A stretch of 64,000 bases of DNA from an uncultured beta proteobacterium (GTDB lineage: Bacteria; Pseudomonadota; Gammaproteobacteria; Burkholderiales; SG8-41), in assembly GCA_963808765.1 (NCBI GenBank), contig CAWEHH010000030.1:97483-161482 (forward strand). The letters run 5' to 3'. Every line of letters starts with the position of its first letter. Position 1 is the first letter of the stretch. The notes below the pieces were generated by a model. The model was given only the letters and a program-made list of their open reading frames with translations, did not search any database and was not told the DNA's origin. Positions 1 to 9,080 of the stretch are shown piece after piece. The translations under genes and the position numbers were made by a program.

Positions 1-26
1 GACCCAGGCAACAGCTCGACGTCGAG

Positions 27-97
27 CCTGGATTCCGGACGTGCGTGCTGCGCGGCCTTGCCCTGGAATGCTTCAGTCCAGGGTCCGGAATGACGAT
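27..97. repeat. REP-like palindromic units, family 1 (CGTCAYYCCGG..loop..CCGGRRTCCAGG)
   Basis: Reads cctggattccgg...ccagggtccggaatgacga. The same hairpin unit recurs at about 9 intergenic sites in the window. Confidence 0.7.
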
Positions 98-143
98 GCT
101 TTGACGGTTCGCATGCGCCTGACGCGGCGCGAGCTCCCGTCAG

Positions 144-1787
144 CTACTTCGCTGGGATCACCGGCAGCACCAGATACGACTGCTTGTCGCCGCCCGTGTG
201 CACGCTGTTCTGCGCGCCGATGTTGTAGTCGGCGTGGTAGTGGCGGTAGACGGAGGCGCCCACGCCGTCGCGCGGCTGGATGTCGAGCTGCAGCCGGTGC
301 CCCTTCTTGAACACCATGGAGGTCGGCCAGATCTCGACTTGACACTCGACGGGCGCGTCGCGCTCGAGCCACTGGCGTTCGGTATGTGCGTGATACGGCC
401 GAAAGGGAAGCGAGCGCTCCGGATCGAGCTTGCGGTGCGAGGCACGCAGCCAGCCCTTCGTGACCGGCACCTCGTCATGCCCCTGCTGGCCGATCTCCCA
501 CACGTCCTTGCCGTCGGGGCCGATGTTTCGAAGCGTCGCGAAGATGTCCATGTCTTCCGATGTGCTCGACACCCATACGACGAGCACGATGGGGCCGGTG
601 ATCTCGGTGTCTTCCGTGAACGGCGCCGATCTGAACGAAATGCCCGTGCGGTCCTTGCTGCCCGTCGCATGCGAGGGCGCGGATGAGCTCACGCCGGCAT
701 GGGTCGGCGGACTCGCCGCATAGGTGCACGTCGCGCCGTTGGCCGGCGCATCGCGGACAATCTCGCCTTCCGCCGAGGCATCCGCATTCTGGGCGGACAC
801 GGTGACGTCGAGATACATCTTCGTCCACTGCGTGCGCGCGAGCGGCCACTCGTTCTCGAATCGGAACCTGTAGTTCTGCGGGTTCTCGCCTCCGGTGCGG
901 ATCATGAGCTTCACCGGCGGCTCGTCCATGATCCCGGTGTCCCGGCCTTTCAGCCAGTGATCGAAGAAGCGCAACTGGTCCATGCGCCCTTCCTCGGAGT
1001 GGAAAGGATGAAAGTGCGTGCCGCTGTGGATGCGAAGCTTCTTGTGCTGCGAAGCGGCGTGCGTGAACCCTTCGATGTTGCCCCGCAGGTGGAGGCCGAC
1101 GCCGGTCCAGTTGCCGACGCTCAGGATCGGCACCTTGATCTGATCCCACTTCGCGCTGCGCATGCGCCAGAACTCCGAATCGAGACTGTTCGACGCCCAC
1201 GTCCAGAGCATGTTGTTGTTGAACGCGCCGGGGTTGTAGGTGCGCGCGCGGCCCATCAGATGGTGCGCCATGTTGGTCGCGACCCACGTGTGGAAGAAGC
1301 CGATCGCGAAGATGCCGCCGTGGAAGGTCTGATCGCGATAGAGATCGGCGCGGCCTTCCCACGGGATGATCGCCTTCAGTGATGGCGGATTGAGGTTTGC
1401 CACGCGCCACTGGCAGTTCGCGTGATACGAAACGCCGAGCGTGCCGATGCTGCCCGAGCACCACGGCAGCTTCGCCACCCACTCGATCGCGTCGTAGAAA
1501 TCGACGGCCTCGGCATGCGAGCTCGGATCGGACGTTCCCGGCGACTTGCCCGAGCCGCGCGCATCCACGCGCACGCACGCATAGCCGCGCGGACACCACC
1601 ATTCCGGGTTGGCGGTTTCCCACGCGAGATGCGGATTCGCCTTCTCTTCGAGGTCCTCGGGCGGGATCCACAGCCGGTCCTTCTGATACGGGCCGATGTT
1701 CATGATCGCCGGGAAGCGCTCGGCTCCGCCGTCGGGACGGAACACGTCCGCATACAGGATCGCACCGTCGCGCATCGGAATCTTCAC
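144..1787 (-). CDS. CocE/NonD family hydrolase (S15 X-Pro dipeptidyl-peptidase-like alpha/beta hydrolase)
   Basis: 547-aa ORF with MRDGAILYADVFRP...VRVDARGSGKSPG and a C-terminal beta-sandwich region, typical of the family. The GTG at 1787 is a minimal start; the frame is open back to CTG 1847 (..SKSISQPKDYKLIVEKDV). Confidence 0.85.
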   Translation of the reverse strand: MKIPMRDGAILYADVFRPDGGAERFPAIMNIGPYQKDRLWIPPEDLEEKANPHLAWETANPEWWCPRGYACVRVDARGSGKSPGTSDPSSHAEAVDFYDAIEWVAKLPWCSGSIGTLGVSYHANCQWRVANLNPPSLKAIIPWEGRADLYRDQTFHGGIFAIGFFHTWVATNMAHHLMGRARTYNPGAFNNNMLWTWASNSLDSEFWRMRSAKWDQIKVPILSVGNWTGVGLHLRGNIEGFTHAASQHKKLRIHSGTHFHPFHSEEGRMDQLRFFDHWLKGRDTGIMDEPPVKLMIRTGGENPQNYRFRFENEWPLARTQWTKMYLDVTVSAQNADASAEGEIVRDAPANGATCTYAASPPTHAGVSSSAPSHATGSKDRTGISFRSAPFTEDTEITGPIVLVVWVSSTSEDMDIFATLRNIGPDGKDVWEIGQQGHDEVPVTKGWLRASHRKLDPERSLPFRPYHAHTERQWLERDAPVECQVEIWPTSMVFKKGHRLQLDIQPRDGVGASVYRHYHADYNIGAQNSVHTGGDKQSYLVLPVIPAK

Positions 1788-1883
1788 GTCCTTCTCGACG
1801 ATGAGCTTGTAGTCTTTCGGCTGCGAGATGCTTTTCGAGCTTGTCAGTCATTGTTGTTTCCTTGAATGGCCCCTCACCCTGGT

Positions 1884-1908
1884 CCTCTCCCCGCGCACGG
1901 GGAGAGGG
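1884..1908. repeat. GC-rich hairpin repeat, family 2 (CCTCTCCCCG..CGGGGAGAGG flanked by CCCTCACCC)
   Basis: Perfect 10-bp stem cctctccccg/cggggagagg between the CocE/NonD and Bug genes. Related units lie at 18258, 44077 and 50354. Confidence 0.65.
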
Positions 1909-1942
1909 AAACGATCCTCCCGCCTCCCACTCCCGACATGGC

Positions 1943-2932
1943 TCACTCGACCTGGAGCGCACCCGACGCAATCAGTTTCCGCATGTCGTCCGCCTGCTGC
2001 TTGATGAAGCCGCCAAACCGTTCCGGCGTGCCGCCTTCCGCATCGAGTCCGAGCTGCTCGAAGCGTTGCTTCACGTCCGGCAACTGGAGGATGCGGTTCA
2101 CTTCGCGGTTGAGCTTCTCGACGATCACGCGCGGGACCCTGGCCGAGGTGACGAGACCCATCCACAGCAGATTGTCGGCGCCCTTGATGCCCTGCTCGGC
2201 GAGCGTCGGCACATTCGGGATGAGCGCCTGGCGCTTGGGTCCCGCGACGCCGATCACCTTCGCGCGGTTGCTGCGGATGAAGGACTCCGCGGAGACCGTG
2301 GTCGTATAAAGGCCGTCGATCTGCCCGCTCACCACGTCGGTAAGCGCCGGCGCCGTACCCTTGTATGGCACATGCACGATGTTCACGCCCGTGACCGCTT
2401 TGAGAAGCTCGAGCGCCGCGTGCGGATTGCTGCCGGTGCCCGACGAGCCCCACGTGACTTTGCCGGGGTTCGCCTTCGCGTACGCGAGCAGCTCCTTCAT
2501 GTCGTTCGCGGGAAACTTCGGATTCACCACCGCGATCACCGGCGCCGAGCCGATATAAACGATCGGCGCAAAGTCGGCGAACGTGTAGCTCGGCTTCTTC
2601 CTGAGCAGGACGTTGTTGATAGCGGGTCCGGGATTCGTGACGAGCAGCGTGTAGCCGTCCGGCTCGCTGCGCGCGACCGTTTCGGCGCCGATCGCCCCGC
2701 CCGCCCCCGGCCGGTTGTCCACGATGAACTGCTGGCCGAAGGTTTCGGAGAGTTTCTGCCCGAGGAGTCGAGCGATGAGGTCAGTCGATGCAGCGGGCGC
2801 AAAAGGAACGACCACGCGCACCGGCTTCGTCGGGTAGGCGTCGCCGGGAGCCGCGCCCAGCGCTCCAACGGAGACCGCGCTCGCGCATAGAAGCGCGGCG
2901 CAAAGCCGCAGCGATTTGCCGAAAAGCGTCAT
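1943..2932 (-). CDS. Bug/TctC family tripartite tricarboxylate transporter substrate-binding protein
   Basis: Signal peptide followed by YPTKPVRVVVPFAPAASTDL and FIVDNRPGAGG. The ATG at 2932 overlaps the upstream stop (ATGA). The 428-aa ORF-track N-extension was rejected. Confidence 0.9.
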   Translation of the reverse strand: MTLFGKSLRLCAALLCASAVSVGALGAAPGDAYPTKPVRVVVPFAPAASTDLIARLLGQKLSETFGQQFIVDNRPGAGGAIGAETVARSEPDGYTLLVTNPGPAINNVLLRKKPSYTFADFAPIVYIGSAPVIAVVNPKFPANDMKELLAYAKANPGKVTWGSSGTGSNPHAALELLKAVTGVNIVHVPYKGTAPALTDVVSGQIDGLYTTTVSAESFIRSNRAKVIGVAGPKRQALIPNVPTLAEQGIKGADNLLWMGLVTSARVPRVIVEKLNREVNRILQLPDVKQRFEQLGLDAEGGTPERFGGFIKQQADDMRKLIASGALQVE

Positions 2933-3762
2933 GCGTTCGCCCCGTCGTATCCGCGCAGAAAACTCAGCAGGCGGGTCGCACACGCATCGGGCTCGACCGT
3001 GAGAACCGCATGCGAGGCGGTCGGCATGTGAACCAGCGTGAAGTTTCTTATACCCGCGCGCAGCAAAGCCTCCTGTTCGGACGTCGTGAGCGGACCCGCG
3101 GTTGGATAGAGCCCGAGCACCGGCGCGTCGATCCGCGGCAGGAAAGCTTCGGCGCTCGCGTGTTTGACCAGCCCGTACAGGCCGCACAGCACCTCGGCGT
3201 CGTTCTTCGCGATCTCGACCACGTACCATTCGCGCAGCCGCGGATCCGTGCCCGGCGGAAAGAAATTATCGGCGCCGTAGATCGCCTCCGCCCACTTGCG
3301 CGTGCCGAGCGTGCGCAGCGCCTCCTCACGCGTGGGGAAGCCCGCGGAGTAGGCCGCGTTCGCATTCTGATAAACCGGAGAAGCGACGAGCGTCAGCGTG
3401 CGAACACGCTTCGGTTCCTGCGCCGCGAGGACCATGCCCAGGATGCCACCGAAGGATTCGCCGCAGTAGTGGACCGCAGCAATCCCGAGATGATCGAGGA
3501 CATCGCACAGATCGCCGACGTACGCATCCAGCGTGCTGCCGGTCGCGGGATCGAAGTCACGCAGCGATTCGCCATGGCCGCGCAGATCGATGCGCAACAC
3601 CCTGTAATCGCGTGCAAGGTGCGGCACCCACGCGTACCAGAACTTCGACGAGCGCGCGTAGCCATGCTGGAGGACGAGCACGGGCGCGTTCCTCCAGGGA
3701 TCCGTGTAGTCGTGGATCTGGTAGTGGAGCGTGGGCCGATTCGTTCGCTCGAGAAGCGGCAT
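2929..3762 (-). CDS. alpha/beta fold hydrolase
   Basis: 277 aa with VLVLQHG, RIDLRGHGES and the GESFG nucleophile elbow. Paralogous to 59905-60691. Confidence 0.85.
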   Translation of the reverse strand: MPLLERTNRPTLHYQIHDYTDPWRNAPVLVLQHGYARSSKFWYAWVPHLARDYRVLRIDLRGHGESLRDFDPATGSTLDAYVGDLCDVLDHLGIAAVHYCGESFGGILGMVLAAQEPKRVRTLTLVASPVYQNANAAYSAGFPTREEALRTLGTRKWAEAIYGADNFFPPGTDPRLREWYVVEIAKNDAEVLCGLYGLVKHASAEAFLPRIDAPVLGLYPTAGPLTTSEQEALLRAGIRNFTLVHMPTASHAVLTVEPDACATRLLSFLRGYDGANA

Positions 3763-3768
3763 GTCGGC

Positions 3769-4890
3769 TCAGAAGGGTTCGATCTTGAGCAGCGCCGCCG
3801 CCGTGCCGCCGAGCATCGCGATGCGCTCCTCGTCGGTGAAGTCCGGTGCATTCAGGATGTGATCGACCGGATTCGGGTGCCATGGAATCGGGTGATCGGT
3901 GCCGATCACCAGGCGATCGGTGCCCACCTCGGCCGCGAGGTGCCGCAGCATCTCGGACGTGAAGACGAGCGTGTCGAAGTACATGTCGCGCAGATACTCC
4001 GTGGGCTGCTTCTTCAACCGGATGTTGGGATCGCAACCATCCGGTCCCACACGGCAGGCGTGGTCGGATCGCGGCGCATACGACGGAAGATAACCGCCGC
4101 CGTGCGCGGCGCAGATCTTCAGTCCCGGAAATCGGTCGAGCGTGCCCTCGAAGATGAGATGCGAGAGACAGATCGTCGTATCGAGCGGATTGCCGATCGT
4201 GTTGGAGAGCCAGCCGTTCCCCTTGAATCGCTTCGCAAGCTCCGGCGTGCTCTGCGGATGGATGAAGACGAGAACGCCGAGGTCTTCGCACTTCTTCCAG
4301 AACGGATGGAACTTCGCATCCGCGAACTCGTCGTTCGCGCAGCTCGCGCCCACCGCCGCACCGCGCAGGCCCAGCTTCTTCACCGCGTGCTCGAGTTGCT
4401 CGGCGGCAAGCTCCGGAAACTGAAGTGCGACCGACGCGAACGCGACGATGCGATCCGGATAGGTCGCGCAGTATTCGGCCAGCCGATCGTTGTTGATCCG
4501 CACGATCTCCGCGGCCGTGTCGCGGTCCGCCTTGTACCGGTACGGATTGATGCTGATCGCCTCGACGTCGATGCCCTGCTCGTCCATCTCCCGGATGCGC
4601 CGCTCGCCCACTTCCGCGATGCCGGGACCGCGCTGGCTTTCAGCCTTGAGGCCCACCATCTCCAGCGTCTCGGGAATCACGCAATGGCAATGCACGTCGA
4701 TCGTCTTCACGCGCTTGCCGTTGACCGAGACTTCGCGACGCCGGGGCACGCTCGAAGTGCGTGCTGCACCCGATTGCGGATTCGCCGCCGCCGCTGTACG
4801 GCCTTCGCTGGCCGCCATCATTTCGCAGCTCGTAAAGACGATCGGCGACGGTGGCGTCGGCTCTTGAGCTGGTGCTATACGTAGGTTCAT
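3769..4890 (-). CDS. amidohydrolase-2 family metal-dependent hydrolase/decarboxylase (ACMSD-like)
   Basis: Contains IDVHCHCV, FIHP, AAHGGGYLP and GTDHP metal-ligand motifs. AAGGGAG lies 5 nt upstream of the ATG at 4890. Confidence 0.8.
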   Translation of the reverse strand: MNLRIAPAQEPTPPSPIVFTSCEMMAASEGRTAAAANPQSGAARTSSVPRRREVSVNGKRVKTIDVHCHCVIPETLEMVGLKAESQRGPGIAEVGERRIREMDEQGIDVEAISINPYRYKADRDTAAEIVRINNDRLAEYCATYPDRIVAFASVALQFPELAAEQLEHAVKKLGLRGAAVGASCANDEFADAKFHPFWKKCEDLGVLVFIHPQSTPELAKRFKGNGWLSNTIGNPLDTTICLSHLIFEGTLDRFPGLKICAAHGGGYLPSYAPRSDHACRVGPDGCDPNIRLKKQPTEYLRDMYFDTLVFTSEMLRHLAAEVGTDRLVIGTDHPIPWHPNPVDHILNAPDFTDEERIAMLGGTAAALLKIEPF

Positions 4891-4946
4891 TCGATCTCCC
4901 TTCGTTTACGCGCTGGTTGCGAGCCCCGACGCGGCCGTTTTAATGG

Positions 4947-5033
4947 CGTCATTCCGGCGAAGGCCGGAATCCAGAACCCTACCGGACTGGCCTGCACCCC
5001 GCCTGGACCCCGGCCTGGCGCCGGGGTGACGAA
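4947..5033. repeat. REP-like units, family 1 (two variants)
   Basis: cgtcattccggcgaaggccggaatccag (4947-4974) and cctggaccccggcctggcgccggggtgacgaa (5002-5033). Confidence 0.75.
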
Positions 5034-5087
5034 TCGTTCTGCATTACGCTCCTACGTCATTCAATCACCTTCACTCGCCACCTGATC

Positions 5088-6185
5088 TCACGTCTCCAGC
5101 GGCAGCCTTACGGCCTCACCGGTCTCCGCGGCACGCACGATCGCGAGCGTCGTCTCGAGATTGATGCGCGCCTGCTCGGGCGTCGTGTGCACCGTGGGCT
5201 GCCCCGTGACGAGCGAGTCGATCCACGCCCGCGTTTCGTTGGCGATCGAGCCCCAGAAATCGCCCACGGCCCAGTCTCCGCCGCTGTTCGCCCCGAGGAA
5301 TGCCATGTTGACGCTGTGACCCGGCAGATAGCCCGCCGGGTAACCCTTCTCCGTGTAGAGCAGATGATCGCGATGATCGTCGTCGATGATCATCGTGCCT
5401 TCCATGCCGAGGAGCTCCACGCGATCCGACTGGCCCATCGCCGGCCAGTCCGCGGGCAGCGCGTAGCTCACGCCGAAACTGAACGTCGCGCCGTCCGCGA
5501 ACGTGACGATCGCCCACGTGACGTCATCCGCGTCGTAGCCCGCCTCCCTGAAAATTCCGCGCTGGCCGCGCGCGACAATCTCCACCGGCCGATTGCCTTC
5601 GAGGAGCCAGCACACGAGATCGACGTAGTACGTGAGCACGTCGAGGACGGGCGTCGCGTGCGGATCGCGCTGGAGGATGTTGAGCGCGACCGCTCGGCCG
5701 TTGTAGACGCGCGCCATGCCGCCGACGACTTTGCCGAGCCGGCCCTGAAGCATCTGCTCCTTGGCGCGCAGAAAGCATTCCTTGTAGCGGCGGCTGTAGG
5801 CGATGCGGAGATTGCCGCGCGTGCGTCGAACCGCCTCCAGCATGTCGTCGGCATCGCGCAGCGTGAGCGCGATCGGCTTCTCGACGAGGACCGGCTTGCC
5901 GAGCTCGAGCGCGCGTCGCACCGGCGCCGAGTGCTCGCCTTCCGGCGTCGAGACGATCACGGCGGTCACTTCGGGACGCTCGATGACTTCGGTGTTGTCC
6001 GCTGAATGAAACTGCGCGCCGGTCTGGTCCGCTAGGCGGCGCGCTTTCGCCATGTCCCGATCGGACACCGCGAGATAGCTCACCGCAGGATGCTTCGCGG
6101 CGAGACGCGCGCGGAGCGACCCGATGCGGCCCGACCCGACGACGGCGACGCCGACCTGTTTACGATCGTTCATGTGTGGGCGCAC
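5088..6185 (-). CDS. Gfo/Idh/MocA family NAD(P)-dependent oxidoreductase
   Basis: Contains VGVAVVGSGRIG Rossmann motif and VLVEKP. GTG 6185 has GAGGAA 4 nt upstream; ATG 6173 is an alternative start. Confidence 0.85.
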   Translation of the reverse strand: MRPHMNDRKQVGVAVVGSGRIGSLRARLAAKHPAVSYLAVSDRDMAKARRLADQTGAQFHSADNTEVIERPEVTAVIVSTPEGEHSAPVRRALELGKPVLVEKPIALTLRDADDMLEAVRRTRGNLRIAYSRRYKECFLRAKEQMLQGRLGKVVGGMARVYNGRAVALNILQRDPHATPVLDVLTYYVDLVCWLLEGNRPVEIVARGQRGIFREAGYDADDVTWAIVTFADGATFSFGVSYALPADWPAMGQSDRVELLGMEGTMIIDDDHRDHLLYTEKGYPAGYLPGHSVNMAFLGANSGGDWAVGDFWGSIANETRAWIDSLVTGQPTVHTTPEQARINLETTLAIVRAAETGEAVRLPLET

Positions 6186-6586
6186 CCGTTTCCTCTCACC
6201 CCGGCCCTTGCCCCGCGCGCGGGCGCGGCAGGTTATCGATCATCTCCGGCGCTCTCGCGTCCGCTCACGGTGCGCGCCGTCGCCGGCCACGGCGCCGTCC
6301 GCGAGCTGCATCGCACGCAAGCCGATCTGCGCCGGGCCTCCACCCGGGAAGATGTCGCCGCGCGCTTTCCCCGCGCGGGCGAGATCGCTTCCGGGCTCAG
6401 ATCATCGGATGGATTCGACACGGGCGGCGCTCCCTGTGGTGAGGTGTTGCGAAGGCGCCCGATTATCAGTCGGGGATGCGCGGCACCGCAATGGTCGTCG
6501 GTCGTTCGCGCAACGCCGCTGACATCGCACGGCGCCGCGCTGTTACCATGTGCTCGACATTGCCACGGCCGCGCCAAGGAGTTCGC

Positions 6587-7561
6587 ATGAAGCATTCGAA
6601 ATCACTCGCCGCAGCTCTCGCGTGTGCAGCCGTGTTGGTGCCGCACTCGCAGGCCGCGGAACAGGCTTACCCTTCGAAGGTCGTTCGCATCCTGGTCGGG
6701 GCGCCGCCGGGCGGCAGCAACGACATCTTCGCGCGCGCGATCGGACAGCGCATCACGACCGGCCTCGGCCAGCAGGTGATCGTGGATAACCGTCCCGGCG
6801 CGAATCAGTTGATCGCCGCGGACCTGACCGCGAAGGCGGCGCCCGACGGTCACACGCTCTACATCACGACGACGTCCTTCGCAGCCGGCGTCGCGATCCA
6901 GCCGAAGCTTCCCTTCGATCCCGTGAACGATCTCACCGGCATCACGATGGTCGCGAACGGGCCCATGGTGCTCGTCATCCATCCGTCCCTGCCCGCGAAG
7001 ACGGCAAAAGACCTCGTCGCGATTGCCCGGTCGAAGCCGGGTCAGCTCAACTACACGTCCTCGGGGATCGGCAGCATCAACCACATGGCGATGGAGGTGT
7101 TCAAGGCGCAGGCGAAAGTCGACGTCGTGCACATTCCACACAAGGGGATGGCGCCTGCGCTGACGGACCTCATGTCGGGCAACGTGCAGATCCTCATCGT
7201 GAGCCTGCCGTCGGTCGCGGGACAGATGAAGTCGGGGCGGCTACGCGCGCTCGGCGTCACGGGCGAGAAGCGCACGAGCTTCGCTCCGGAGTTGCCCACG
7301 ATCGCCGAAAGCGGCGTTCCCGGCTACGAAGCGTCGCTGTGGTGGGGTATGTTCGCGCCTTCGAAAACGCCGAAGCCCATCATCGATCGCCTGAACGGCG
7401 AGATCCACAAAGCGATGACGAGTCCGGAGATGAAGAAGCTCTACGTCGAGTTCGGCGCCGAGCCCGCGCCCACCACGCCCGAAGCATTCTCTGCGATGGT
7501 CAAGAAGGAGATCGCGAAGTGGTCGAAGGTGGTGAAGGATGCGGGGATCAAGCCGGAGTGA
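6587..7561 (+). CDS. Bug/TctC family substrate-binding protein
   Basis: AAGGAG lies 5 nt before ATG 6587. Signal peptide, YPSKVVRILVGAPPGGSND, VIVDNRPGA and C-terminal KWSKVVKDAGIKPE. Confidence 0.9.
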   Translation: MKHSKSLAAALACAAVLVPHSQAAEQAYPSKVVRILVGAPPGGSNDIFARAIGQRITTGLGQQVIVDNRPGANQLIAADLTAKAAPDGHTLYITTTSFAAGVAIQPKLPFDPVNDLTGITMVANGPMVLVIHPSLPAKTAKDLVAIARSKPGQLNYTSSGIGSINHMAMEVFKAQAKVDVVHIPHKGMAPALTDLMSGNVQILIVSLPSVAGQMKSGRLRALGVTGEKRTSFAPELPTIAESGVPGYEASLWWGMFAPSKTPKPIIDRLNGEIHKAMTSPEMKKLYVEFGAEPAPTTPEAFSAMVKKEIAKWSKVVKDAGIKPE

Positions 7562-7624
7562 AGGTGCACACCGCTCATGCACGTATGAAGGGTGACTGGT
7601 GTCCACGCCGGAGCAGCACAGTGT

Positions 7625-7697
7625 CGTCATTCTGGCGAGCAGGTGCACCCCGGACCATTGGCAGCCATGCCCGGCGATCCGGGGCCAAAAATCCAGG
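7625..7697. repeat. REP-like unit, family 1, nested variant
   Basis: An outer cgtcattctgg..aatccagg unit encloses an inner caggtgcaccccggacca..gatccgggg hairpin. The same composite occurs at 58791-58859. Confidence 0.7.
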
Positions 7698-7780
7698 AGG
7701 TGTTTGCCATGTTCTGGATCTGCGGATCACTTCGCGCGGGGCCGCGCTGTCCGCAATGACGACGTGGTCGTGACACGGTA

Positions 7781-9043
7781 TTGGAAGTGACAAGACCCCT
7801 CGCCAAACGCGACTACCGGCCCGATGCACAAGGCACGCTCGCGAACATCCGCGTGCTCGATCTCTCGCGCCTGATCGCAGGCAACACGCTCACACAGGTG
7901 CTCGGCGATTTCGGCGCGGAAGTGATCAAGGTCGAGCCGCCCGCCGGCGACACGCTGCGCGCCTGGCAGACGAACGGCGTGCAGACGAACTGGAAGATCT
8001 ACGCGCGCAACAAGAAGAGCCTCTGCCTCGAGCTGCGCAAGCCCGAAGCGCGCGCGCTGCTCATGAAGCTCGTCGGCACTGCGCACGTCTTCGTCGAGAG
8101 CTTCCGTCCCGGTACGCTGGAGAAGATGGGGCTCGCACCCGAGACGCTGCTCGAAGCCAATCCAAAGCTCGTCATCGTGCGCATCTCCGGCTTCGGACAG
8201 GAAGGTCCGTATCGCCGCCGCCCCGGCTTCGGCACGCTCGTCGAAGGCATGTCGGGGTTCGCGTCGTTCAACGGTTTCGCCGACCGCGAGCCGGTGCTGC
8301 CGCCGATGTATCTCGCAGACACGATCTCGGGGCTCTACGGCTCGAGCGCGGTGATGATCGCGCTGCGGGAAGTCGAGCAGAACGGCGGCGCAGGCCAGGT
8401 GATCGATCTGCCGCTGCTCGATCCGGTGTTCGCCGTGCTCGGGCCGCAGGCCGCGAACTACCGCCTCACGGGCAAGGTGAAGCCGCGCACCGGCAGCCGT
8501 TCGACGAACGCCGGGCCGCGCAACGCGTATCGCTGCAAGGACGGCCACTACGTATGCCTGTCCGCATCCACACAGAAGATGGCCGAGCGCGTGCTCGCGT
8601 CGGTCGGCCGCGCGGATCTCATCGACGATCCGCGATACAGCACCAACGCGGCGCGGGTCCAGCACGCCGCCGATCTCGACGCGATCATCGGCGCCTTCGT
8701 GGCGGAGCGCACCCAAGCAGAGAACGTGGAGTTCTTCGAGCGCGCCGAAGTGACGATCGGTCCGATCTACGACATCACGCAGATCCTGGAAGACCCGCAT
8801 TTCATCGAGCGTGAGCTCGTTGCGGACTATCCGGACGCCGACATGGGCGCGTTCCCGATGCACCACGTCGTGCCGCGCCTCAGCGGCACGCCCGGCTCGA
8901 TTCGCACGCCCGCCCCGCGCCTCGGCGCGCACAACCGCGCATTGCTCGCTGAAGTCGGCGTCGGCGATGACGCTTACAATGCGCTCGTCGCGACAGGGAT
9001 CGTCTGCGAGCACGGCAGCGCGAGCGCGGCCCCCGAAGAGTAG
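7781..9043 (+). CDS. CaiB/BaiF family III CoA-transferase
   Basis: Contains IRVLDLSRLIAGN..LGDFGAEVIKVEPP and RISGFGQEGPY. The start is uncertain (TTG 7781 or GTG 7787). Confidence 0.85.
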   Translation: MEVTRPLAKRDYRPDAQGTLANIRVLDLSRLIAGNTLTQVLGDFGAEVIKVEPPAGDTLRAWQTNGVQTNWKIYARNKKSLCLELRKPEARALLMKLVGTAHVFVESFRPGTLEKMGLAPETLLEANPKLVIVRISGFGQEGPYRRRPGFGTLVEGMSGFASFNGFADREPVLPPMYLADTISGLYGSSAVMIALREVEQNGGAGQVIDLPLLDPVFAVLGPQAANYRLTGKVKPRTGSRSTNAGPRNAYRCKDGHYVCLSASTQKMAERVLASVGRADLIDDPRYSTNAARVQHAADLDAIIGAFVAERTQAENVEFFERAEVTIGPIYDITQILEDPHFIERELVADYPDADMGAFPMHHVVPRLSGTPGSIRTPAPRLGAHNRALLAEVGVGDDAYNALVATGIVCEHGSASAAPEE

Positions 9044-9080
9044 GTCGGCGACGCCGCGCGACCCCACGAAAGGACCACCG

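Noticed and set aside
475-1971. Long ORFs antisense to, or frame-shifted relative to, recognised genes. Examples: 475-1971(-), 2788-4884(+), 7727-9088(-), 8880-10499(-), 15168-16388(-), 25528-26652(+), 27676-28740(-), 33568-34884(+), 35332-36660(-), 36960-38537(+), 39659-40915(+), 43186-45048(+), 45079-46200(+), 47538-48557(+), 48569-49588(+), 52206-53237(+), 54871-55887(+).
   Set aside because: Their translations are Arg/Ala/Gly/Pro-rich low-complexity strings with no motifs. They overlap genes that have clear family signatures. Stop-poor shadow frames are expected in high-GC DNA.
1943-3229. N-terminal extensions of Bug-family ORFs given by the ORF track (for example 428 aa at 1943-3229, 361 aa at 6476-7561, 360 aa at 33622-34704 and 371 aa at 47508-48623).
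   Set aside because: Internal ATG/GTG codons preceded by Shine-Dalgarno sequences are followed at once by signal peptides. The extensions overlap upstream genes or repeats.
6186-6586. A possible gene remnant in the 400-bp gap upstream of the Bug gene (minus-strand reading ..ARGDIFPGGGPAQIGLRAMQLADGAVAGD..).
   Set aside because: The stretch is short, has no start or stop context, and I recognise no family. The evidence is insufficient to call it.
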